64,000 nucleotides of DNA from Bacteroidia bacterium (GTDB taxonomy: Bacteria > Bacteroidota > Bacteroidia > NS11-12g > UBA955), in assembly GCA_044341025.1 (NCBI GenBank), contig JBIISM010000010.1, positions 16,999 to 80,998 on the forward strand, read 5' to 3'. The position numbers were made by a program, and so were the translations under genes. Position 1 is the first letter of the stretch, and every line of letters begins with the position of its first letter. This document shows, one piece after another, positions 28,246 to 38,221 of this stretch. The notes under the pieces were generated by a model. It worked only from the letters and a program-made list of their open reading frames with translations. It was not told where the DNA came from and searched no databases.

Positions 28246-30027
28246 TTAAATTGTGTTTGGGTTTTTGCGGCGTTTTGAAGCTAGGTGAACCATGTAGGCG
28301 ATTAATCCAAACACGATCAATAAAAAAGGTCTCGAAATATTCTTAAACCACATCATTCTTTCTTTCTCTCTTTTGAATGCATTCAAACTAAAGGAGGCAG
28401 CTGTATAGTTTTTGTATAGTTTGTCTTTTTCTCGAACTGCAAATATACCTGTTTTTTCTGCCTTGCTAAGGTTGGTTTCATTCATGATGTTTTGTCCAAA
28501 ATATATTTGCGAATCACTTAGGTTTTTTAAATCATTGTTTCTTATCTCGAAAATTTGATCTTTTAATGTTTGGGGATTGCTTGCTTCGGATATTTCTCTT
28601 TTTGTGGCCGTGTGGTTTATTGTCTTCCAAATGTCTGGCAAACTTGCAAAGAATACAAAGGCCAAAATCAGGGGCGTCACGTATTTAATGACAAATTTAT
28701 AGAAGTTAGGTACCTTAATGTCGGCGCCTTCAATAATTTCTCTCCAACCCCTGTCAATACCAAATACCCAGGCAAATAGAATGATTTCTATTAAAGCAAA
28801 TACAACCAAAGAAACAGTACCTGCCCAATAATCGTATTCATCAAAAACCCCCTCATTAAAAAACAAAACCGTTGGAAGGCCGAGAATCAATACCACCAAG
28901 CCAAAGGACCAAGCACCTTTTTGCCGCGACCATCCAAATTCGTCTTCTAGGAAACCCATCCATGGTGTGCCCATGGCCAATGAGGAGGTAATTCCTGCAA
29001 AGAAAAGAAGCCCAAACCACATCACCCCAGCAATTAAAGCCATAGTATCTCCCCACTGTTGAAATAAATAGGGAAGTGTTTTAAACCCTAAGCCTAAGCC
29101 ACCAGTTTTAGTCATTTCTACGACTTGGTCGACACCCAAATAACCAACCGCAATTGGTATTAAAATCGAACTACCCAATACAACTTCTACAAATTCGTTC
29201 ATCCAACCTGCAGATTGAGAATTAAGAGCGATATCGTCTTTTGACTTAACGTATGAGGCATAACAATGTATTGAGCCCATACCCAAAGACAAGGTAAAAA
29301 ATATTTGTCCTGCAGCCGCCAACCACACTTTCGCGTTCCAAATGGAACTGAAATCGGGTGTCCAAAGATAGTTCATTCCCACGGTGCCATCGTTTATGGC
29401 ATCGTGATGTCCTGCTTTTAATGTAATGCCTTTATAAGCCAAAAATATTCCGAATACAATCAACAAAGGCATACCGATTTTTGCTGTTTTTTCGACACCA
29501 GCGCTAAGACCTTTGCTTAAAATCCAAGTGTTCAATAACAATGTAAATATCCAAAAAACAATTGCTTCAATGCCCGCACCAGATTTTAAATTGGATACAT
29601 CGATATAGGTGTTAAAGAAATTAGCAACTGAACCTTGGTCCATGCCCTTAAATGTACCTGTAACTGAATGGAACATGTACGATAAGGTCCAACTTTCCAA
29701 ATAGCAATAATATGCAGCCACAGCTACATTGGTAAATATGCCAAACACCCCGATGTATTTCCAAAGACGTTTTTTGTCCATGCTATCCAATATGAAGGGT
29801 GTAGAATGGTTGTTTGATTTGCCGCCAAAGCGACCCATTGCCCACTCGACATAAAGCAGTGGCACGCCCATTAAAATAAAACATGTGATGTATGGAATAA
29901 TAAAGGCACCACCGCCATTTTGTATCGCTTGTACTGGAAACCTTAAAAAGTTTCCCAATCCAACCGCATTTCCGGCCATTGCCAGTATCAGACCTACACG
30001 AGATCCCCAAGATTCTTTATTTGCCAT
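28246..30027 (-). CDS. sodium-dependent transporter, SNF/NSS family
   Basis: The N-terminus GLILAMAGNAVGLGNFLRFP is the NSS TM1 signature. Confidence 0.85.
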   Translation of the reverse strand: MANKESWGSRVGLILAMAGNAVGLGNFLRFPVQAIQNGGGAFIIPYITCFILMGVPLLYVEWAMGRFGGKSNNHSTPFILDSMDKKRLWKYIGVFGIFTNVAVAAYYCYLESWTLSYMFHSVTGTFKGMDQGSVANFFNTYIDVSNLKSGAGIEAIVFWIFTLLLNTWILSKGLSAGVEKTAKIGMPLLIVFGIFLAYKGITLKAGHHDAINDGTVGMNYLWTPDFSSIWNAKVWLAAAGQIFFTLSLGMGSIHCYASYVKSKDDIALNSQSAGWMNEFVEVVLGSSILIPIAVGYLGVDQVVEMTKTGGLGLGFKTLPYLFQQWGDTMALIAGVMWFGLLFFAGITSSLAMGTPWMGFLEDEFGWSRQKGAWSFGLVVLILGLPTVLFFNEGVFDEYDYWAGTVSLVVFALIEIILFAWVFGIDRGWREIIEGADIKVPNFYKFVIKYVTPLILAFVFFASLPDIWKTINHTATKREISEASNPQTLKDQIFEIRNNDLKNLSDSQIYFGQNIMNETNLSKAEKTGIFAVREKDKLYKNYTAASFSLNAFKREKERMMWFKNISRPFLLIVFGLIAYMVHLASKRRKNPNTI

Positions 30028-30119
30028 AAGGGTGCAAAATGCTATTTTTCAACATGAAAACAAAGTCCAAGCCAAAATAATATGACATTAATCTTTTTGT
30101 TATTTAATAAGGAAAATAC

Positions 30120-31007
30120 TTAGCTGAATTTAGGCGCAACAACTAAGTCTTTTCCGCCTGCGCTGTAATCGTAAAATCCACGACCAGATTTAACCCCTAA
30201 ATCGCCAGCTGTAACCATATTAATTAACAATGGAGAGGCAGCGTATTTTGGATTGCCTAGGCCATCGTTTAATACATTCATAATGGCCAAACATACATCA
30301 AGTCCAATAAAGTCTGCTAATTGGAGAGGTCCCATTGGATGGGCCATGCCTAATTTCATAACGGTATCAATTTCTTCAACACCTGCAACGCCTTCGTTCA
30401 GAGTAATAATGGCTTCATTGATCATTGGCATTAAAATTCTATTGGCCACAAATCCTGGGTAATCGTTCACCAAAGTTGGAACTTTTCCAATGGTCATGCT
30501 CAAATTCATAATGGTTTCAGTAACTTCTTTTGAAGTTTTATAACCATTGATAATTTCAACCAATTTCATCACCGGTACTGGATTCATAAAGTGCATACCA
30601 ATAACCTTATCTGGTCTGCTGGTAACAGCTGCTATTTTTGTAATACTAATTGATGAAGTATTTGAAGACAATATGCAATGCGCTGGAGCTGCTGCATCAA
30701 TGTCTTTGAAGATTTGCAATTTAATGCCTACATTTTCTGTAGCAGCTTCAATAACCAAATCGGCATTTGATACACCTTTTGACAATTCTGTGCTGCTGTT
30801 TATATTTGTAATTGCTTGGTTTTTTTGTTCCTCTGTGATTAATTGCTTGCTCACTTGACGGTCTAAATTAGAAGCGATTTTTAGCAATGCTTTTTGCAAT
30901 GCAGCTTCATTGATGTCGATTAATTGTACATTAAATCCCGCTAGGGCAAATACGTGGGCAATACCGTTTCCCATAGTGCCACAACCAATTACAGAAATAT
31001 TTTTCAT
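30120..31007 (-). CDS. 3-hydroxyacyl/3-hydroxybutyryl-CoA dehydrogenase
   Basis: IGCGTMGNGIAHVFALAGFNV is the NAD-binding motif. The start was set at MKNISVIGCG. Confidence 0.8.
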   Translation of the reverse strand: MKNISVIGCGTMGNGIAHVFALAGFNVQLIDINEAALQKALLKIASNLDRQVSKQLITEEQKNQAITNINSSTELSKGVSNADLVIEAATENVGIKLQIFKDIDAAAPAHCILSSNTSSISITKIAAVTSRPDKVIGMHFMNPVPVMKLVEIINGYKTSKEVTETIMNLSMTIGKVPTLVNDYPGFVANRILMPMINEAIITLNEGVAGVEEIDTVMKLGMAHPMGPLQLADFIGLDVCLAIMNVLNDGLGNPKYAASPLLINMVTAGDLGVKSGRGFYDYSAGGKDLVVAPKFS

Positions 31008-31099
31008 GCTTATTTGACTTGAATTATTAATTGACAATATTACTATTTTAAATTAGGAAATTGAAATCAAACTTCAACTTAAATGGGGTTTAAATTTCT

Positions 31100-32407
31100 T
31101 TATTTTGATTCATTTAAAGTCTTTTTATAAACCTCTAAACAACGCTTCCTAGCAATGTCGTGGTCTACAATTGGCCTTGGATATTCAATTGAATTGAGTT
31201 CTGGTATCCATTTTTTAATATAGGCCAATTTAGGGTCAAATCTTTCCGTTTGCAACTTAGGACTGAATATTCTAAAATAGGGTGCAGCGTCTACCCCTGA
31301 GCCAGAGGCCCATTGCCATCCGCCGTTGTTGCTTGCCAATTCGAAGTCTAATAATTTCTCGGCAAAATAGGCTTCCCCCCAACGCCAATCGATAAGCAAG
31401 TGCTTGCATAAAAAACTAGCCACCACCATACGCACCCTATTGTGCATAAAACCAGTTGCATTTAATTCGCGCATGCCTGCGTCTACTATGGGATAACCAG
31501 TTTTGCCAGCGCACCAAGCCTCGAATTCTTCTGAGTTGTTGCGCCATTCAATGCGGTCGTAAACTGGCTTAAATGCGCCCGTCATGGCATGCGGGAATTG
31601 GGCCATGATTTGTATGTAGAAATCTCTCCATATTAGTTCGTTTAACCAAGTTTCACTCAATGCCAAAGCTTTTTTTGCCTTGTCTCTTATTGAGATGGTG
31701 CCAAATCGAAAGTGTAAACTCAATTTACTTGTTGCATCTAATGCCGGAAAGTTTCTAGTGTCGGCATAATTTTTTATTAGGCTTGAATTAACCGTATTGC
31801 TTGGAAACGAAATGTTACTGCTTTCGAATCCGAGTGAATCCAAGCTAGGCATATCAAATTTTATGTTTTGTGTGAAATTGTTGTAATGCTCAGCGCAAGG
31901 GTGGGCTTTGAATGTGTCCTCTTTGATTAGGCTTTTCCACTTGCGTGAATATGGGGTAAACACCGTGTAAGGTTTTCCATCCTCTTTTAATACTTCTGTA
32001 GAATCGAAAATGCAATGGTCTTTAAAAGACTTAAATTCTATGCCTTTGCTTAGAAGTATGGACTCAATTTCTTTGTCACGCAACTTGGCATATGGTTCGT
32101 AATCTGTATTCGTAAATACAGTCTCAATAGGATATTCGGAAATCAGATTTGCCCAAATGTCTTTTGGTTTTCCGTGTAAGACCAGTAAATCTGAATTGTG
32201 TGCAATTAATTCAGACTTCAATTTTAATAAACTCTCGTAAATGAATTCAACCCGTCGGTCTTTTTTATTGCTGAGTTTTTCAAGGATTTCGCTGTCGTAA
32301 ATAAAAATTGGCAACACGGTGTTCTTGCCTTTAAGGGCATTCGATAAGGCTGCATTGTCCTCTAAACGCAAATCGCGTCGCAACCAAATAATGTTAATCT
32401 TTTCCAT
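31100..32407 (-). CDS. DNA photolyase / cryptochrome family protein
   Basis: An N-terminal IWLRRDLRLEDNAAL photolyase alpha/beta domain start and a C-terminal FAD-binding-like WRWGEAYF are present. Confidence 0.8.
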   Translation of the reverse strand: MEKINIIWLRRDLRLEDNAALSNALKGKNTVLPIFIYDSEILEKLSNKKDRRVEFIYESLLKLKSELIAHNSDLLVLHGKPKDIWANLISEYPIETVFTNTDYEPYAKLRDKEIESILLSKGIEFKSFKDHCIFDSTEVLKEDGKPYTVFTPYSRKWKSLIKEDTFKAHPCAEHYNNFTQNIKFDMPSLDSLGFESSNISFPSNTVNSSLIKNYADTRNFPALDATSKLSLHFRFGTISIRDKAKKALALSETWLNELIWRDFYIQIMAQFPHAMTGAFKPVYDRIEWRNNSEEFEAWCAGKTGYPIVDAGMRELNATGFMHNRVRMVVASFLCKHLLIDWRWGEAYFAEKLLDFELASNNGGWQWASGSGVDAAPYFRIFSPKLQTERFDPKLAYIKKWIPELNSIEYPRPIVDHDIARKRCLEVYKKTLNESK

Positions 32408-33308
32408 TTGTCAGTAAGTTTTTTAGGGCTTCTTCACTCGTATTATACTTGAATTTAAAACCAAGTTTTTGAATTTTATTGGAAGATATATTTTGATCGC
32501 ACAACAAAAGTTCATGCCTTTCTTTTCCAAAAATCAGTTTTAACATAAGCGTTGGAATATTAGGCAATAGGATAGGTCTGTGTATCAATTTTGCCGCCTG
32601 TTGGCTGATTTTTTCTATGCTCTCGGGTTTGGGTGCCACGCCATTAAAGGTGCCCGAAAGTTTATTTTCGAAAAGATAAATAAACAAATCACATAAGTCG
32701 TCTATGTGCACCCAACTGCACAGTTGTTTGCCAGAGCCAGGCACAGCGCCGGCGAAAAATCTCATTGGCGCTGTGAGTTTCTTTAAAAAACCACCCTGAG
32801 CAGAAAGTACGATGCCAATGCGCACAATTGCCAAATTTTGTGCCTGTGGTTTGAAGGCATGTGCTGCTTGCTCCCATGTGTCAACAAGCTCTGAAATATA
32901 CCCCTGGACTAATGTGGAGTCTTCGTTCAATTCATTTAAACAAACATTTGGGTAATAGCCACTTGCAGATGCTGAAATGAATGAAGGAACTACGACATTT
33001 TGTAGTTTGAAGTTTTTCAGCAAAAATTCAATTGGTTTAATACGGCTTTCTTTTAGTATTAGCTTGCGTTCATTGGTAAAATTTTGGTCAAAAATCCCGG
33101 CACCACAAAAGTTGTAACAAGCTGAAAATCTGTTTAAATCTATGTCTGGAAAAATTCCGTTTTGAGGGTCCCAAAACAGTGTGTCCTCATTTATGCATTT
33201 ATTTTTTTGTGTGGAGAGAAGAACAATTCTGTAATTTTTTTGTTTAATCTTTTTAATTAGTTTTGAACCAATTAAACCACTAGCACCTGCAAGTAATATT
33301 TCAGACAT
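32394..33308 (-). CDS. TIGR01777 (YfcH-like) NAD-dependent epimerase family protein
   Basis: ILLAGASGLIGSKL is a Rossmann motif. The start overlaps the photolyase by 14 nt. Confidence 0.65.
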   Translation of the reverse strand: MSEILLAGASGLIGSKLIKKIKQKNYRIVLLSTQKNKCINEDTLFWDPQNGIFPDIDLNRFSACYNFCGAGIFDQNFTNERKLILKESRIKPIEFLLKNFKLQNVVVPSFISASASGYYPNVCLNELNEDSTLVQGYISELVDTWEQAAHAFKPQAQNLAIVRIGIVLSAQGGFLKKLTAPMRFFAGAVPGSGKQLCSWVHIDDLCDLFIYLFENKLSGTFNGVAPKPESIEKISQQAAKLIHRPILLPNIPTLMLKLIFGKERHELLLCDQNISSNKIQKLGFKFKYNTSEEALKNLLTNGKD

Positions 33309-33347
33309 AAATTTAGAACAAACCTACAACTTATAAGTTTTGCAAAC

Positions 33348-34328
33348 ATGAAAAAGGGAAAAAAAGACTTTAGAAATAAATTGTTTATCAAAGATCTTGA
33401 AAACATTAGCGGAATCAAAGCCCATACGATTCGTATTTGGGAGCAGCGCTATAAAATATTCGAACCACATAGAACCGATACAGGGATTCGCTATTATGAC
33501 GAAGACCAATTGCGTTTGATTCTGAACATTTCTATATTGAACAACAATGGCTTCAAAATTTCCAAAATAGCGGAAATGGACCTTGATGAAATCCGCGAGA
33601 AATGTCAACAATTGTCTGAAAATAAGTCGAAGTATGATGGGCAAATTCAAGCCCTAATAAGCACCATGATGATGTTTGATGAAAAGGAGTTTAACAAAAT
33701 TTTGTCCATTAATATTCTGAAATTGGGTTTGGAGGACACCATGACCCAAATTGTTTTTCCTTTTATAGCACAAATTGGTTTGTTATGGCTTTCTGGTTCC
33801 ATTCACCCAGCGCACGAACATTTTATCTCAAATCTTATTAGACAACGTTTGTTTGTTGCCATAGATAATTTGTCAATACGCCCAAGCAGTGATTCAAAGA
33901 AGTTTTTAGTCTTTGTGCCTTCTGGGGAGTCTCATGATTTGAGTATTTTGTTTGCTAATTATGTGCTTCGTTCTCGCGGACATGAGGTCATTTATCTCGG
34001 TTCTCAAACCCCATTCGAAGACCTTTACAAAATTTTCGACCTGCGTAAACCCGATTTTATTTTCAGTATTATTACGTCTTTGAACAGCAATGTTAGTGTT
34101 CAAACTTTTATCAATAACCTCGGCAAATATTGGAAAGAGACACAAATATTGCTTTCTGGTTCTCAGGTATCGAACAAAAAGGATTTGAAATTGGCCGACA
34201 ATATTCGAATATTTAGTAACCCTGGGGATTTACTTGAGTTTTTGGTTGAAATTAAAGAAAATCTCAAGTACAAAAACCCAATCAAAAGTTTTTCCCAACA
34301 AAACAATACAAGCAATACGGGCTTATAA
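33348..34328 (+). CDS. MerR-family transcriptional regulator with a C-terminal B12-binding domain (CarH/LitR-type light sensor)
   Basis: An N-terminal MerR HTH (IKDLENISGIKAHTIRIWEQRYKIF) is present. A Wx9EH motif (WLSGSIHPAHEH) and an ExHxx(S) B12-binding motif (VPSGESHDLS...GHEVIYLG) follow. The gene is divergent from the photolyase operon across a 39-bp gap. Confidence 0.7.
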   Translation: MKKGKKDFRNKLFIKDLENISGIKAHTIRIWEQRYKIFEPHRTDTGIRYYDEDQLRLILNISILNNNGFKISKIAEMDLDEIREKCQQLSENKSKYDGQIQALISTMMMFDEKEFNKILSINILKLGLEDTMTQIVFPFIAQIGLLWLSGSIHPAHEHFISNLIRQRLFVAIDNLSIRPSSDSKKFLVFVPSGESHDLSILFANYVLRSRGHEVIYLGSQTPFEDLYKIFDLRKPDFIFSIITSLNSNVSVQTFINNLGKYWKETQILLSGSQVSNKKDLKLADNIRIFSNPGDLLEFLVEIKENLKYKNPIKSFSQQNNTSNTGL

Positions 34329-35926
34329 TGCTGCACGTTGAAGGATTAAATATTTCGTCTAAGTATAATGTTTTGGTAAAAAACGTTTCTTTCTCCATTG
34401 AAAGAGGCGAAATCTTTTCTTTGGTTGGTGAATCGGGTTCAGGTAAGTCGCTAACTTGCTTATCAATTTTGTCAATTTTAGCTGAACAGTTATTGGTCAA
34501 AGGTTCGATAACATTTACCAATAGTTCTGGGATTTCTGAGCGAATTGAAAACATGGACAGCAAAACAAGGAAAGAGTATGCCTTAAAAAAAATTGCTTAT
34601 GTTTTTCAAGAGCCACTGACGGCGCTGAATCCAGTGCAAACTTGCGGCCAGCAATTAAAAGAAAACATTGAGCTTTGTGGTTTAAAAGGCAAGAAGGAAA
34701 TAAATTTGAGGGCTTGCGAACTGCTCGCAGCTGTCGAACTTGTCGATTATCAAAGGGTCTTAAATGCTTTTCCTTTTCAACTTTCCGGCGGGCAAAGACA
34801 AAGAGTAATGATTGCTATGGCAATGGCTGGAGATCCTGATTTGATTATAGCCGATGAGCCAACCACCGCTCTTGACGTGGTTTTGCAAGATGAGATTTTG
34901 GGTCTATTAAAAAAATTGTGTGTCGAAAACAAACGCAGCATGCTTTTGGTGTCTCACGATATTGATGCCGTTGCCCGGTTTTCAGACCGTATTGCGGTGA
35001 TGTATAAGGGTGAAATTGTAGAATTGGGACAAACCAAAGACATTATTCAGTCGCCTCAGCATCTATACACCAAAGCATTGTTGGCTTGCAAACCTAAGCC
35101 TCAAAACAAAGGCTATTACCTCCAAACATTAAATGATAGTATCGATGGAGAAGATTTTATTCCTTCAGCTATTCCGATTGAAACATCTTCTGATGAAGTC
35201 TTAGGAAAAATGGCTCATTTGGTTAAAGATTACAGGGATGGAACAAAAGTCTACCGCGCTTTAAACGACCTAAGTTTTGAAATTAAAAAAGGGGCAAGTG
35301 TAGGTTTAATTGGAGAGTCGGGTTCGGGCAAAAGTACCATTTCCAGATTGATGGTTAAATTGGAAAAACTGGACAAGGGTAGCATTGAATTTGATTTTAA
35401 AAATAACAAGCCACTAACTTCCAATATACAAATGATTTTTCAAGACCCATTTGCAGCTTTAAATCCTGCACTAAAAGTGGTGAATATGTTGGATGAGGTA
35501 TTGCAAAAACATCAATCTGAACTTAATAAAGGGGAAAGAAAAGCAGCCTTAGAAACCTTGCTTACCAAGGTTGGATTATGTGCCGAAGATGCTCAGAAGT
35601 ATCCAAACGAATTTAGTGGTGGTCAAAGACAACGTCTATGCATTGCAAGGGCTCTGGCAGCAAAACCTGAATTGTTGATTTGCGATGAGTCGACGTCTGC
35701 TTTAGATTTGTCGGTTCAAGCACAAATATTAAACTTATTGAAAGATTTGCAGGTTACCGAAAATTTGAGTGTCTTAATGATTACCCATTCAATGGCAGTA
35801 GCAGCTTGGTTTTGCCAATATTTGGTGGTGTTAAAAAACGGCGAAATCATTGAACAAGGTGAAAGTAAAAATTTAATAGAACATCCTATTAATGAATACA
35901 CTAAGGCTATGGTTTCGCATACATGA
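34328..35926 (+). CDS. ABC transporter ATP-binding protein with two fused ATPase domains (YejF/GsiA-like)
   Basis: Two Walker A boxes (GESGSGKS twice), two LSGGQRQR signatures and two Walker B boxes are present. No permease gene is adjacent. The ATG overlaps the regulator's TAA. Confidence 0.75.
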   Translation: MLHVEGLNISSKYNVLVKNVSFSIERGEIFSLVGESGSGKSLTCLSILSILAEQLLVKGSITFTNSSGISERIENMDSKTRKEYALKKIAYVFQEPLTALNPVQTCGQQLKENIELCGLKGKKEINLRACELLAAVELVDYQRVLNAFPFQLSGGQRQRVMIAMAMAGDPDLIIADEPTTALDVVLQDEILGLLKKLCVENKRSMLLVSHDIDAVARFSDRIAVMYKGEIVELGQTKDIIQSPQHLYTKALLACKPKPQNKGYYLQTLNDSIDGEDFIPSAIPIETSSDEVLGKMAHLVKDYRDGTKVYRALNDLSFEIKKGASVGLIGESGSGKSTISRLMVKLEKLDKGSIEFDFKNNKPLTSNIQMIFQDPFAALNPALKVVNMLDEVLQKHQSELNKGERKAALETLLTKVGLCAEDAQKYPNEFSGGQRQRLCIARALAAKPELLICDESTSALDLSVQAQILNLLKDLQVTENLSVLMITHSMAVAAWFCQYLVVLKNGEIIEQGESKNLIEHPINEYTKAMVSHT

Positions 35927-36049
35927 GTTAGACGGTTCTCTCCAAACCTTCTGTTTTGTCAATATGTTTTGCTAACATGAAAAGCTTAAAGACTTTTATT
36001 TCATCATTTTAACTTAAGTTAAAGCTATTGAAATTAAGTTATCTTTGCA

Positions 36050-38221
36050 GTGATAATGGCTAAAAAGAAACTAAAAACCCATAGGTTGGAGAGCGAAATA
36101 CTAAAAGTACTTACCGAAAATCAAGGGAAAATCTTGAACCATAAGCAAATTTTTGCAAGGTTGGAATCCAGCGATTTGCCTAAAAGCGCAGAAGATATTT
36201 TGCCGATTTTATTGGAACTAACCGCCAGCAACAAAATTGGCCGCAAAGACACCTATAAATTTTACAAGCACAGCCCACGCAAAACCGTTCAAGGGCAAAT
36301 TGATATCACCCGCAATGGCCGTGTTTTTTTGAAAGTTGAAGGGGTTGAAGACGACTATGTTGTAAACAATTCTCTGATCAATCTTTTGCCTTTTGATGTT
36401 GTCGAGGCTGAAGCTTCGCAAGCCAATAAAAAGAAATTAACAGCAGATGTGTTAAGTTTGGTTTCTCACAGCGACAGAATGTTTGCAGGGGTTTTACTTT
36501 TAAAGCAAAATACATGGTTGATCCAGCCAGATAATTCCCGTTTTCAAACCCCGTTTTCTGTTGATGCATCTCCGTTGTTTAAAGTTGGGAATAAAGTATT
36601 ATTTAAAATAAAAGAATTTAGCCGCAACAAACATTATCCAACAGCTCAAATAGCAGAGGTACTTGGAAAGCCTGGAGAGCACAAAACCGAAATGCATGCC
36701 ATACTCGCTGAGTTTGGTTTGCCTGAGGCATTTAACGCGGAGGTGCAAGAAGCCTCTGATTCGGTAACGGAAGAAATTACAGCAAACGATTTAAAAGGTA
36801 GAGAAGATTTTAGAAAGGTTTTAACCTTTACAATCGATCCAGATACAGCCAAAGATTTTGATGACGCCATTTCTTACAGAAAATTGGAAAATGGAAATTA
36901 TGAAATCGGCGTGCATATTGCCGATGTCAGCCATTATGTTTTGCCAGATAGTGTATTGGACAAGGAAGCACTTAACCGTGCGACTTCTGTTTATTTGGTC
37001 GACAGGGTTGTGCCTATGCTTCCGTTTTCTTTGTCTGATATTGTCTGTTCTTTGGTTCCACACAAAGACCGCTTAACTTGCTCTGCTGTTTTTGAAATTA
37101 ATGAAAGCTTTGAAGTGCTTAAAACGCATTTTGCAAAAACAGTCATTCATTCTGATAAGCGTTTCAGCTACGAAGAAGCACAAGATATATTAAATGCGGG
37201 TTCAGGAATTCATTTTGAAGAATTGGAGCACCTCAACCGTTTTGCAAAACATCTGTCTAAGAAGCGCTTTGCCGATGGCGCAATGAATTTTGAGTCCACT
37301 GAATATAAATTTATGTTGGATGAGAATTTTAAACCGATTTCTTTGCAATTAAAAATTAGACAAGACACCAACAAACTTATAGAGGAATTGATGCTCTTGG
37401 CCAACCGCTCGGTGGCTGAATTTGTTTATGAGCAAAAGCCAAGAAAGCCATTTGTATATCGAACGCACGACGAACCGTCTGATTTGCGCTTGCAAGAATT
37501 GAAACGATTTGTTGCCCGCTTTGGTTATAATATTGATATAGAAAATGAAAAGACCATTCGCCGTTCATTAAATAAGTTATCCGAGGATGTGGAAGGCAAG
37601 CCCGAACAGGATGTGATAAGGACCATGAGCATAAGAAGCATGGCCAAAGCAACTTATACCAGCAACCGACCAAGCCATTTCGGTTTGGCCTTTAACCACT
37701 ATACCCATTTCACCTCTCCAATTAGACGTTATCCCGATGTGGTTGTTCACCGTTTATTGTTTGCTTACTTGGATGGCAAAACCATGGAACAGGCATGCAA
37801 TTGGAATATGGAAAAATTGGATTTTGCATGCAAGCAGAGTTCTAAAATGGAAATTCAAGCCTCTGAGGCTGAGCGTGCATCGATTAAATACAAGCAAGCT
37901 GAGTGGATGGAACAACAAGTTGGAAAACAATTTAAAGGTGTTGTTAGTGGTATGGCTGATTTTGGTATATTTGTCGAAATTAAAGAATACAAATGTGAAG
38001 GAATGATTCGCTTAAGCAACATACCAGGAGACCATTATGAATTTGACAGTTATTTAATGGCGGTTGTTGGCAACAGGTCTCACCGCCAATTCAAAATGGG
38101 GGATGAAATTGATGTCATCGTTAGCGCAGCAAGTAAAATTAAAAGAACCATAGATTTAGAAATAATCTTAGACTCACAAAACCATAGTCAAAATGTCAGA
38201 AAACATCGTCGCTTCAGATAG
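36050..38221 (+). CDS. rnr: ribonuclease R (RNB family 3'-5' exoribonuclease)
   Basis: An RNB catalytic region (DFDDAISY...GVHIADVSHYV) and a C-terminal S1 domain are present. Confidence 0.85.
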   Translation: MIMAKKKLKTHRLESEILKVLTENQGKILNHKQIFARLESSDLPKSAEDILPILLELTASNKIGRKDTYKFYKHSPRKTVQGQIDITRNGRVFLKVEGVEDDYVVNNSLINLLPFDVVEAEASQANKKKLTADVLSLVSHSDRMFAGVLLLKQNTWLIQPDNSRFQTPFSVDASPLFKVGNKVLFKIKEFSRNKHYPTAQIAEVLGKPGEHKTEMHAILAEFGLPEAFNAEVQEASDSVTEEITANDLKGREDFRKVLTFTIDPDTAKDFDDAISYRKLENGNYEIGVHIADVSHYVLPDSVLDKEALNRATSVYLVDRVVPMLPFSLSDIVCSLVPHKDRLTCSAVFEINESFEVLKTHFAKTVIHSDKRFSYEEAQDILNAGSGIHFEELEHLNRFAKHLSKKRFADGAMNFESTEYKFMLDENFKPISLQLKIRQDTNKLIEELMLLANRSVAEFVYEQKPRKPFVYRTHDEPSDLRLQELKRFVARFGYNIDIENEKTIRRSLNKLSEDVEGKPEQDVIRTMSIRSMAKATYTSNRPSHFGLAFNHYTHFTSPIRRYPDVVVHRLLFAYLDGKTMEQACNWNMEKLDFACKQSSKMEIQASEAERASIKYKQAEWMEQQVGKQFKGVVSGMADFGIFVEIKEYKCEGMIRLSNIPGDHYEFDSYLMAVVGNRSHRQFKMGDEIDVIVSAASKIKRTIDLEIILDSQNHSQNVRKHRRFR

